64,000 nt of DNA from Epiperipatus broadwayi (lineage: Eukaryota; Animalia; Onychophora). This document shows positions 1 through 12,140 of the stretch, in pieces. Where the stretch lies: contig JAQFVV010000003.1 in NCBI GenBank assembly GCA_028023455.1, positions 16,802,001-16,866,000 on the forward strand, in the 5' to 3' direction. Position 1 is the first letter of the stretch. Every line of letters starts with the position of its first letter. The notes under the pieces were generated by a model. The model saw nothing but the letters and a program-made list of their open reading frames with translations. It was not told the DNA's origin and ran no database searches. A program made the position numbers and the translations under genes.

Positions 1-3000
1 ACTATGTGCAGGATCTCCATTATATGATGCACACCCCTTTTTGCCTATGGAAGAGAATAGTAAGACGGAAAATGCAGTCCCTTCTTATGGAGTTTTTTTA
101 TTGTTCTTTTTGCTGACAGATGTAGCATTCCTGTTTGGTTGAGAGTCAATATCTTCTCTAACCATACTGTTCAGATGTACATTCCTGACAGTATGGTATT
201 TTGTGCTGTCATATTTTCATGCTACATTGAATACATCAATGTATCAGATGGATTGACGTCAGTTTGACTGCGAACTTTTGGCCTAAGGTTAAATAAGGGA
301 TAGAATATTTTCTTTTCAAATGCAAATACAATCTTAAAATAAATATAAAATTAATCTGTGTGGATGATTTAAAATCTTAAAATAATAATTTAAACTAAAA
401 GAATATTAAAATCTAAAATAATAAATGTTATTCCTCAAATTTTAAAATGATTATATATGTGCATAAATAAATGTTGTTTGTGTGTTAATTACTGGCAGTG
501 GCTTTTATTTTTTATATTTAAGATACAAATTATACAATTTATATATTATTATCTCTGCATCTCCACTGAGCTAGTGACTTGGGCTAACGGTCTAAATATA
601 AAATAAAGTGGGATCTTAACAGCGTGTATCTGCCTACTCTATAAATTTTCTAGGTTCAAGTAGCCTAGTGGTGCTCTGTTGGCGGATACAGTAAGACTGG
701 GAACTTCCTCTTTTTTTCAGACCATTATAATATATATATATATATTGTAACAGGATGGGGTGGGTGAGAGAGGGAGTGAACCTGGAGTGATGGGAATATC
801 ATCATCAATCCCAAGTAAATCAATAATTTATAAAATTATCTATAAATAAGATATATTTAAGAAGAGTATAAGATCAAGAGATCTCAAAATCATTGACAGA
901 TCAGCCAGCTAACTCAGAAGAGCAACTAAAAGCATAATTATAAATTCAACCAGCATTATAAAGTAAAAGTAAGTATAATTCAAATACCATTCATCATCAT
1001 TAATGGGGATAGACAAATCAGTACAATAAATCAGAATAAAATCAACAGTCCATCTTGTGGCTGGATTTAAACCATAAAAAATATAAATCAACAGTCAACC
1101 TTGTGACTGGATTGGAAATGGGTCTTCTGTAGACCAGGCTAACTATTGAGCCTTTGCCAGCTTGGGCAATTATTTAAACATAACTTGGATGCAACAGATT
1201 AGTGACCATCCAATAGAATACATAATAATCAGAAATCAAAACAATAATGCGGGGACATTAAAACATGCTGATCATCATCAATGCTCTGGCCACTGAAGTA
1301 TCATTAATGTACTGGCCAACTATAAACTTAAATTTTTAATAAGACTAAACTAAAATATAGTGCATGGGCTTTAAAGAGTATCCTCTTTTGCACCAACCAG
1401 GATGATGATTGATCATCTCTGGATGCCCCAAAGCACTAAATACACATCCCCATTTATATATTCATACCGTGCACGAATATAGCTCAGAGAACATAAGCTC
1501 TATTACTGTATGTGAACAAGAGATGATGGAAACAATTTTTAACAATTAAATACAAGTTTATTAATAACAAAAAAATAAATGATTATGGTCTTATAAGTTA
1601 AGGGTTCTGATTTTGAATGATACACAATAATAAAGTCATCACTGTAATTTACAAGATTACTACAAAATTCAAATTATTACATTAACTGCATTATTTTGTA
1701 ATGGGTATCTATAAATGCATACATATACCCATACACAGACATGCATTTTATAATATATGATGAAGACATTTCAATTAAACATAAAATAATTATTACATTT
1801 CATAATTACTATTCAAAATTTAAATTGTTACATTAATTTACAAAATTACAAGCTACAATTCATGTTATTACTATGGTTTACATATATATGTGCACAGACA
1901 CTTGATTTATAATATACAATTAATATTCAATAAATGAATTGACATTTAATAACAAAAAGATATTAAAATTTTACATATATGAGTGTGCATGTATACACAC
2001 ACACTGACTTTTACCTATTTAAACTTGTTACAATAATTTTTTTTTTTCATAATTCATTTGAAAAACACATAAATTTCACACATATATGTGTATAAACAAA
2101 ACATAGATATAAGTTACAATTTAGTTTGAGTTTATAAGATCTTTTTTTTTATCAAACTAAATAAAGTCAACTTTTGTTTGACAGGTACTTGTTGATTAAT
2201 TATCAGTATTTTTAGACCAATTTAAAAGATTTGCTTTTTTGATTTTAATTCAAACAAAATTATGCTTGCATTTAAATTATATATATATATATTTTAATGA
2301 ATATGAAAATTATTTCTTTGCAAAATATATATAGCAAATCATCTCTTTTTTTCTTAATAAACGAAAAATAAAATTATTTTATAGAATTAAGAAATTATAA
2401 ATTTCAAAATATCTTTCTGCTTGATTAGTTAATGTTGATGATGTAGGAAAGGTGAGAGAGAAAAAGTGAATACGTGAACTGCAGCTCTTCATGCTACGAT
2501 AAGGAGATAGCCAAGCATGGACTAAGTACACAATGCCCTATGATGTCATGAGAAAATACCTCATTTTTAAGCACTGCCCCTTCTAAGTACCTAGACAGAT
2601 CATTCACAAGAAATAGTATCCAGAAAAAAGTATCAGGCACTGAGCCAGGCCTACTCATCTCTTGTGAGAGTTAGGGGCTCTGGGTGAGGTCTATTTATGA
2701 GACCAGGGCCTATTCATGAGGCCTATATTTACACTGCTGGTCTACCCTGGGAGATCAATATCTAGGTTTAGACAGTGCTAAGCATATATTTCAGAGCACC
2801 ATGAACACACTGCATCCAGATGATCCTACTTAACTATACACCCACCATAAGCATGAAAACTACAAATTCATGCATCACTTTTAAATTGTCATTTTACTAA
2901 AGAAATTATTTAAAATTTCATTATTATATATAACTCTACTTACCACAGCTGTATATATGTTTATCTGAGCTTCTTTGCCTTTAGATAGTCAGCATATATA

Positions 3001-3029
3001 TAATTATTCATTTAACAAGATGGTTCTTT

Positions 3030-3930
3030 TTGGTCCATTAAAAAATATAATCTATGTTTGTTGTCATTATCAGGTAAAAGTATTCAATCCATGTAAAATC
3101 TCGATTTGTAGTTGGCTCTTTTTATCTAGGATTATTCCAGGCAAGCAGCTATCTTGGTTTGATAGATTTCAGGCTATGAATTTCAGCATAAAAAGTGGGT
3201 CATTTTCTCCATGTGAATTCAAACTCCTACTAAGGAAAACAGTCTACTATCTTGCCTTAAGCTACATCAGTTTATGGTAACTGACTTCCAACTCTCTGCT
3301 ACAGCCAACAACAAACTGCAGCTATCCATTTTGGTCAGCTAATTGCTGCCACTTATTCAAAAAAATTTTTTGAAGCCAAGCTGTTCTGTTCAGCTCTTAC
3401 AAAAAACTACAATCCACACTGTTTTTTTCAAAAATCACTATCCAGACTAACTGATATTTTTTTAATCAGTCTCTTATAACCTTGGTTAGGTCAGGTGATA
3501 AAAACACAGTGGCTGTTTTCAATTAACTTTAATCCATTTGAAAACAAGCTGAAATTTTCTATCAAAGTGTGATTTTCATGTTTTTACTTTAATCTTTGGC
3601 ATTTGACCAAAGGTGTGATAATCCTTTAGAATTTTTAATTTACAAAGATTTTTAACTACATAGTAGAAATGCAAACAAGCATTAATTAAAAAAGAGATTT
3701 TATACAAGTATTAATTAAAAGATTTTAAAAAATAAATTATGCTTACTTTTTTTGTTAATTTCAAAATCAGAATTACAGATATTATTTATCAGACCTTTTT
3801 AAAATACTTATTTCACAATGAAATTTTACTTTAAACCCAGAGTTATTTAACTCTTTACTTATTATTATTTTATTTTAGGAAATATAAAAAAATATCTGCA
3901 AAAATTTATTCTGTGTTTATTTCTACTTTT
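3030..3930 (+). mobile_element. Decayed DIRS-like tyrosine-recombinase retrotransposon remnant (copy 1)
   Basis: 3194-3265 translates SGSFSPCEFKLLLRKTVYYLALS, resembling the DIRS YR segment PFEPL..LK.LT.KT.FLLALA. The downstream AT-rich tail (about 3600-3930) is homologous to 50610-50763 plus 51288-51480. Many stops and frameshifts. Confidence 0.45.
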
Positions 3931-4022
3931 CTTTTATTATATATATATATATGCACATATTATACTATATATAGTCTACTTTTCTTTTATTATATATATA
4001 TATATGCACATACACTATATTA
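3922..4022. repeat. Tandem duplication of a ~53-bp unit containing a (TA)n run
   Basis: tctacttttcttttattatatatatatatatgcacata occurs twice in direct succession. Confidence 0.85.
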
Positions 4023-6573
4023 GTGTGTTTTATGTAACCCAACTGGTTACAATATATACATAAGTCCAAGTAAAGAAAAACTGGTAGTTGATAGATTATT
4101 AAATAATGAAAGTAATTGATTCTTAATTCCAAATCAATTATTGAATATTAATTTTCACTTTGTATATTTGAATAAGAGAAATCAGTGCATATTAGCTAAT
4201 TGCCTAGCTATTCACTTTTCTCAGTAGAAAGCACTGTTTGCATTTAACATTTAGCAGCTACCTTTGCTAAGTATTATTGACTTAATTTGTCTAGATATCT
4301 TTATAAGACAAATTTGAGGTCAGTAATATATATCTTATAAATTACACCCAATCTATCATGTCTCTTGAAAATATTGGATTTTTAGTTTATGTTTCTCTCT
4401 TCATTTATATTTGTTTTAGCCCTCATTGTTTCTCAATTATATATTTGTTCTTTTGTTAATTGCTTCCATTTAACAAAAGTTAATATTTTTTTGTTAAGCG
4501 GCAGTATAAAACAATGGCAAGTAATCCTGATGATGAAAATGTTTTATAACTTTTTGAAATCATAAAATCTTAATATATGTGTACTAAAAGTACATCTGTG
4601 ATTATCTGCTTATTTAAAATATTGTGAAAAAAAGTAAATAAGTAACTTATTGCAGGGCAGATGTTTCATTAACATGGTTCCTCATAGAGAAACACGGAAA
4701 GAGAAGATAATAATTATTAGGCTAGAATAGTAAGGTATTAGCATCTATCTATCCCTGTTTTGCTACATAGCTAAGAATAACTAAGATACTCATTTGATTA
4801 CCAATGCTTGCTGGTTAGCTGAGGGTTTTTTAAATGTACATGACGTTTTCTGTCCAAGAGAAGGTGAATAATTGATAATAAGATATTATGGCTAAATCAT
4901 AATACTTTATTATCACAGATGATAGCTTGCCATTGCAATCACAATCTTTAAAATTCCTTTACATTATGATGTTTAATAAGCCTCTTCTTGTATCAAAATG
5001 CTTAAATAACATATATAAATAAATGTTGGATATAGAGTTATAATAAAAAAAATAATTATCGCTTTTTTGCACTCTATTTATTTACCTCTTTGTATAGCTT
5101 CCTATTTTTACATATATCTTTGATGTTTTTAGAGCAATATTTTTAAATCAGTAATTATAAGTTCTTCTTTCTTTGCTAATTGCAGTGTGTAGTCTTTCTC
5201 TTTTGCTTTGATAACTTTTCCGATCTCTTTTAATCACAGCCACACTATTTCAGTTATTAAAAACACATTAAAGGTTTGCCGGTATGATTGAAAAAATTAT
5301 TGTACTTTAAATTATGTTTTTAATAATCAATGAAGTTTATAAAGAGAAAAAATGTAAATGGCGATTAATTCAGATTAAAGAAAAGTATTTAAATATTAAA
5401 AACTTTTATTATTAATTTAAAAAGAAAATCTATAAAAGATTTATAAGAAAGGTTAAACAAGAACTAGAACAAAAAAGAAGTTGAACCCACAAGTCATATA
5501 TCTCAACAATAATTTTCTACGTGATATATACCCTCTCTATATATCTAAAATAAATAAACAATTTTATGTACGCATACACATATGAGCATATAAAATTAAT
5601 TGTCGTTGCTCAGAGAGTATTTAATAAGAAATGAGCAAAATGCCATTCAAATGTAGTAAGATTTAATATTATTGCTATATGACCGGTAAACATCACATGA
5701 TGAAAACAAATCAAATCTGTGTAAGGGATCAATGTTTTGAAATAAAATTACATCATCATTAGTTGTTCTTAGATTTATGAAGTGTCAACCTATAAATATA
5801 TTTGATATATTTACTTGATCAGCGTTTTGAGCAATCACTTACTGCAAACAAATTATTGTTTTTCACCATTATCAATTCATTGCAAGATGAAATTCTTTCC
5901 AAGATTTATTCATTCATTCATTTTACAAGTGATCTTTTTCCAATGAATTTTACTCTATTTTGAGATCCTATTTAAACGATCACACACATATAATTTATTT
6001 TATACTTTTAGACATCTTTACAAGTGATATATGTGTAACCATTAAATACAATAACCTATGTACATTGTTCCAAAAATCATAGTCTATACACAACTAAAAA
6101 ATTATAATAAACTACTTAACCATATGGAACTAACTACATTATTATAATATCATTTGCTTTATTGATATATTAGGATTTATACATTGACAGAAGAAAAAGA
6201 CAGAATGGATATTGTTCTGGAATACAAAGGGATAGTGAGATAAAACAGTATTTTCCAAAGAATTTAGTGCTTAACATACCGGTAAATAAAGATTTGTGTC
6301 ATAGTGGTAGAACATAAATCTAAAAAAAAAAATCTTACCCTTTGAACAAGTTAGTATTTTTTACTGATGACTCAAAGCCTACTCTGTTAGCTTTCCAATG
6401 GCAGACATTAAATAAATATATAGGAATTATTAGCTAAAATGTAAAATTACTTGACACTCTAGTTGATCATATGGAGATTTATGATTTCATTCATATATCA
6501 TCAGTTAATTTCCAAAATGATCCACTTAGATTTTATTTTATGTAAACCAAAATTAGATACCATTCTAATATCA

Positions 6574-6804
6574 TATTTAAACAAGTATATTGTCCATATT
6601 GAACTTAATATAATTAAAAGGGATTTGAACTCACACTTTTAAACCCCCTGCAGCTATCCATTCCATCTTGTATAACTGGTTTATAAGAAGAAGTGAATAA
6701 GATAGAGTGGATAGTTGTAGGAAGCTTGAAAGACTGAGTTTGTATGAGATGGATTGGATAGCTGTGTGGAGATTGAAAGTCTGAGTTCAAATTCCATCTA
6801 ATTA
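6574..6804. mobile_element. Asymmetric fold-back insertion with B-box-bearing arms and 13-bp TSD
   Basis: Imperfect inverted arms at about 6620-6678 and 6737-6795 (ggatttgaactcacacttt... / ...aaagtctgagttcaaattcc). Perfect direct repeat cattctaatatca at 6561-6573 and 6805-6817. Confidence 0.75.
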
Positions 6805-6865
6805 CATTCTAATATCAATAAAAATTCTGTGTGTAAACTCAACTCTCTTTTAGTCTCTCTCTCTT

Positions 6866-7001
6866 TCTATCTATCAACTATATATCTATCTAGAACAATC
6901 ATTCTATCCATTCAACTATCTATCTATCCACCATCTACTTATCTAACTACCTCTATTTTAACCATATACTTATATATTTATCTATCTACTTACTTGTCTA
7001 C

Positions 7002-7090
<89 letters not shown>

Positions 7091-7160
7091 CATCTATCTA
7101 TCTATCTATCTATCCATCCATCCATCCATCTATCCATCTATCTATCTATCTATATATCGA
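6866..7160. repeat. (TCTA)n microsatellite with degenerate TCCA/TCTA flanks
   Basis: Pure tatc/tcta run at about 7000-7090; this explains the spurious ORF 6829-7272. Confidence 0.97.
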
Positions 7161-8770
7161 TCGATCGATCGTACTGGTCAAAAATATCTACTCACTCAAC
7201 AAGATTCAAATTCCAAACAAAAGTACCTCAAATCTGATCATCTTGAGATACACAGGTCTTGAGCAATCCTGAATTTTAATCTATTTGCCTATTATTCAAG
7301 TCTCTGACCCTATAAAACAACACTCCCAATGATATAGCATAATTATTTTAATTTCAGGCCCAGAAACACAGTGGTAGAGCATAAGATCAGACTGATGATG
7401 ATGATCATGGTAAAGAGTAACCCAGAAATTACATTTATTACAGTTATTTATTAATTCTAAGCTATTAGCTAAAGAAAATAATTCCAAATATTAACTAGAA
7501 GAAAAATAATAATTCAAAAACCAGGATTTACATGAAATATATATTTAATAAAATATTAAGAAAATGCATATATATGTTACAAAATGTTTTACGCTTGGGG
7601 TGATGTCTATTTAAAAAACTTGCGATTTGGTTTTTATAAAATCCTCATTACATTAGTTGTTTAATGGATATAATTTTATGGAGTGTGTTGTAACTTGTGC
7701 AGAGTTGAACATGCCAATTTACAAATTTTTACAAACAGAATGTTGTGGATGCACAAAACAATCTACAAGATCGGAACAGATTCGGATTACAGAAAGATGC
7801 TTGATAATTTAGCATTAATCATTTTGACAAATAAATATAAATATACAGTCTCAATCATTTATTTGCAATCTTAAAAATCATTATATATGTTTGATAGGTA
7901 TTGTTTGGACATGGCGTCTTTAGAATAAGTATACAAGAAACAAACAATGCCTTACATTGACAGGGAAAGGTAAGATATATAATCATTGTCTTACAGAGAA
8001 TATATATTGATTTACGTCTGTGGAATTGATTAGTATTTTAAAAGAAGGCGGTTTAAAAACAGCATACTGACTAATTAGCATGTTGGTGTATTTAATGAAT
8101 GAGTCATTATTTCCAACACCTTGTTGCGGCTAACAAAAAATCAAACAGGCATAAATCAATATAATAAAACCAGTTACAATACTAGCATGTCATTAGAGAA
8201 ATACGGCTCTTATGATAATTTGAATACTTCATCATTTTAACACATTTGAGAATGAATGAAGGTTGGTACATCCACACATTCTGGCAGAACAATACCGAAT
8301 GGAGATGTTGGGTTTGAATGCCCAGAGCCACATGTATGGAACTTCTACAGCACAATCAAAACGCCATAAACCTCGTGTTCCACAGGGAGTAGTGTATACC
8401 TCTGATTATGAATGATTTTGAGAAAGTAGGATGGGAAAAGTTCCCAATGACAAAGCAATAAAGAAAATATATATGTAAATAACATAAGAGAAAGAAAAGG
8501 TATGCCAGAAGTGTTATACCTGAGTGATAAAATTAATACATTATATTCTAGCACCTGAAAATGGTTTGACTTCTGTGCAATGATATGTTTAAAAAAAGCA
8601 TCATTAAGCAAATTATAATGGATAATAACTCTTTTAACTATTAATGGTAAACTACTAAAATTATTCTTAAATTCGATTCCCATCAATGCATTTAGTAACA
8701 GAACTAACCTTCTGGCAAATGGCAAGACAGGATGATAACAATATTAAGATTCACAATCTTTTTTTTCTTT

Positions 8771-8862
8771 CCTGTGTCAAAGCATCGGCCGGGAAGTGAA
8801 CTCGTGAACCTGGGACAACTGCTTATAAGACAACTGTGCTGACCATTCAGCCACCAATGTTT
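8771..8862 (-). mobile_element. tRNA-derived SINE (same family as 40585-40690)
   Basis: Minus strand reads cattggtggctgaatggtcagcac (A-box-like) ...gagttcacttcccggccgatgct...A-rich tail, alignable by eye to the copy at 40585. Confidence 0.7.
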
Positions 8863-10061
8863 GACAGGTTCACGATCTTTTAAATGACAATTTAGGTATA
8901 AATTCAAATAAAATAACAGTATGCATCCACAAGAAACTAATTTTGATGGAAAAATGAGAATAAAAGATTTAAATATAAAAACCAACCTAGCAAGCAATTT
9001 CTGTTAAAATGTTAAAAACTTTACTAATAAATTTTAAATGAAGTCCATGCTTCTTTACCCATTAAACAAATAAAATAACCCCTTATTAGACTCGTAAGGT
9101 TGAATGATATTGGCATATTAATTAAAGAGAATAAATTGTCTACATACATAAAAGGAATAAGTTAAAAATATCTAATGGAGCCACACAAAGTTATATACAA
9201 GAATTTAAGCAAGAAAGGTAAGTTAAAATTAGACTAAAATAGTAGGGATTACAGGGAGAGAGAGAAAGAGAGAGAGAGAGAGTTCAAGAGTAAAACTAGC
9301 AGGAATTATACACTAATACAATAAGAAAGACATAGTTTCATTACATATTATATAAATTTAAAGCAGCTCTTCATTAAGTGAGGTTACTCCAGGAAAGCAC
9401 AGCATAGCAGGCAGGTACAGAATGACAGTCACCTAGTAGCTTGGTCTGATGAACAAAGCGTCACAGTGGCAGAAGGCAGTCAATCTCTGAGAAGTACAAA
9501 AGAGAAAGATGCTGGATTTCCTCTACTCAAAATTCATAGCACCGAACTTGTGTTAACTTCTTAAAATTTAGAGATCTTGAATCATTTCTCTGAAAATTTA
9601 CTTACTAAAAGACATCCTGAAAGAATTTACTAACTAACTGTCTTCTTTTGTTCTATGGGCATTTTATACACTTTTTTAATCTCCCCAAGAATGTGATTTC
9701 ATTTGCCTGCAGCTATCCCTGTAATCTTAATTCTAATTAGTAAAATATTTTATTAGTAAAATATTTTTAAAGATAAGATTCGAAGTACCTTTTAAGATAA
9801 TTTAGGTTTGGTATAGATTTGCAAATGAACTAACAAAAAAGATTCCTCATAATTTTAAGTAAATTTTAGTTCTAATTAGTGAAAATAATCTGACTACAGA
9901 TAAAGATGATTTTAGCTAATTAACGATTTCAAAAGTATTTTGAGTCTTCCCCATTTTTCTTTTTGTTTTTAAATTCCAACATTTTAATTAAAATACATAT
10001 ATATATAAAGAAAATGTCTAATTTTCAGCAATAATATTGCTAAGATTATTTCTTATATATA

Positions 10062-10260
10062 TGAAAAACAAAAAACAAGTTAAAAACTTGCTAACGCTTG
10101 TATTTATGTCAACAGATGGCGTTCTACCAAAAACACCACCAAGCATATGATTACATAAACGTCAGAGCATGCATTCACTATCTCTAACTTTAATTCCACT
10201 TTCAGATCATGATTTCAAGCTATTTGCTATCATCAGTGAAAGACAGGAATTTTAGAAACT
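10062..10260 (+). mobile_element. Unclassified interspersed repeat unit embedded in (TA)n; homologous to 27097-27343 and 27503-27747
   Basis: tgaaaaacaaaaaacaagttaaaaacttgctaacgcttgtatttatgtcaacagatggcgttctacc... is near-identical to the reverse complement of both 27-kb units. Both sides are TA runs. Confidence 0.85.
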
Positions 10261-11699
10261 ATATATATATCCATATGCACATTACTGTTTTATTTTACTA
10301 AATATTTTTTAATTTTATGACTTTTTTGGATCATTACACATATAGTGTCTGGGTGAATGGCATATATACATAGCAAGATCGGAATTACAGGCCCCGCAGG
10401 AAGTTACTATGGCTGGCAAAACATGAAGCTTGATGTGACTATATATATCAATTGCTTCGCTATGTATTTATGATTACAAAGTGATGTACTCTTTATTAGT
10501 CATAGAGAGGTATCATATTCATCAAAAAATTGAATTCATATCCATATTGATTATAGATTAGATAGAAAACTTTTACAATTGCAAATGATCTGTGCAGAAC
10601 TTACACATTAAAAAAAAAACATTTCAGTGAAAAAATTGTCCCCCCAAAAAAATTACTTCAATGAGTTTAGTTACTTGCATTTTTTTAAAATCTAAAAGTT
10701 AGGAACCAATTGAATAAAAAAGTGTTTAGAAAAATATGGCTGTGAACTGGATCATAAATTTAAATTATGTAATAAATAATCTATGAAACTTGATTTTGGA
10801 ATACATTTAAAAATTTTTCAACATCCCTGTGATTTTGTATTATACAATATTTTTTACAATAGTTAACGATAAGCTTTTAATGACATCATAAGGAATTTCT
10901 ATTTATTTTTTTGAAAAAATGATATACAAAAATGTTTTTGGCATTAGAATGATGCTGTTGCAAGGGTACATCTTGTTGACCAATTTGAAAAGAAAAGTTA
11001 CGATGATATCCTATGTAAATCAACTATAACATTCGTAAAACAAATAAACATACTCATTAAAGATTATTTATAATAATAATATTAAGAGAAATATTTTTTT
11101 TACCACTAAATATTTCAATTTATCTGTGTGTACATGTATTTATTGCATTATTTATAACGAATATATGTATTTTAAACATGTATAACTCATATTATTTGTC
11201 TTAAAAAATTAAGAACATTAAGTTTGTTTGTTGTTTCAATCGCACAATGTGATTTTGAATTTTCAAATTTGCAATGTTTGGGTTCAGTTTAAAATTGCAG
11301 GAAAACTACATGGTCTGCACATGTGCTTTGTACATCCTCCAATCCATCTTTTTTTCTGGTTTCAGAAAATGTAAGTTTTATTTTTCTATGATAAAAATTA
11401 AAAATTTTGTGATAATTTTTGTGATTAACTAAATTAATTTTTTTGACTTTCTCTCATTTATTTTCATTTTTAATGGAATTGTGTTTACCCTGAAGTTTAC
11501 ATTGGGAAAAATGTAAGATTTTACCGATCTTCACACTCTGTGTTATGAGTGAATGTTATTGGGTGAAGCTTTCCACTAGTAAGTATTTAATTTTATATAT
11601 TTTTTATTATTATTTGAATTTATATTTGATAAAAAAATATATGAAAAAATTATTATTATTATATATGCTGATTAAAAAATAGCCCATAATTGTGCAAAT

Positions 11700-12140
11700 T
11701 TATATTGTGAATTATCTGCATTTTTTGGCATGGTAGGGGCCTTGCCTCCAGATGTCCTGTATATAAATTAGATGATATCTGGAGTTTTGATATGAGAGAA
11801 AGACAAACATATTTTGCAATATTATGACATGATTTAGATTTTTTTCTATAATGTCTTATCAGCATTTTAATAATAATAAAAAAATACACAAAATGCTAAA
11901 AGTAAAGATTTTGACAGAGTATGTAAATTTAGGTCAATTATAGACTACTGCAATATAAATTTCAAAGCTGCATATCAAATGCAAAGAGAGGTGGCTGTTG
12001 ATGAAGCTATTACTAAATTTACTGGTCATAGTAGTATGAGGCAAAATGAACCCTCATATAAAGCGAGGATTCAAATGGTGGATGTGTGCAGATAGTCATA
12101 ATCAATGTGTTCTGTATGGAGTTGTATACAGGAAAAGTTT
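11700..12140 (+). pseudogene. Degenerate piggyBac-family (DDE_Tnp_1_7-type) transposase fragment
   Basis: About 11925-12140 translates KFRSIIDYCNINFKAAYQMQREVAVDEAITKFTGHSSMRQ...KRGFKWWMCAD...VYTGK, matching the piggyBac core KIRP....F...Y.P...VSIDE.M..F.G....RQY.P.KP.K.GFK.W. Upstream is ELSAFFG..KLDDIWS. Frameshifted. Confidence 0.85.

Noticed and set aside
225-283. Minus-strand terminal exon (PKVRSQTDVNPSDTLMYSM*) after acceptor ttatttaaccttag|
   Set aside because: All frames close within 60 nt, the peptide is unrecognised and there is no linked upstream exon; it cannot be supported from sequence alone.
745-1520. Solo LTR starting TGTAACAGG after a TA run
   Set aside because: No convincing 3' CA end with matching TSD, and no second copy in the window.
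6829-7272. 147-aa ORF (longest in the track)
   Set aside because: It is a translation of the (TCTA)n microsatellite (IYLS repeats).
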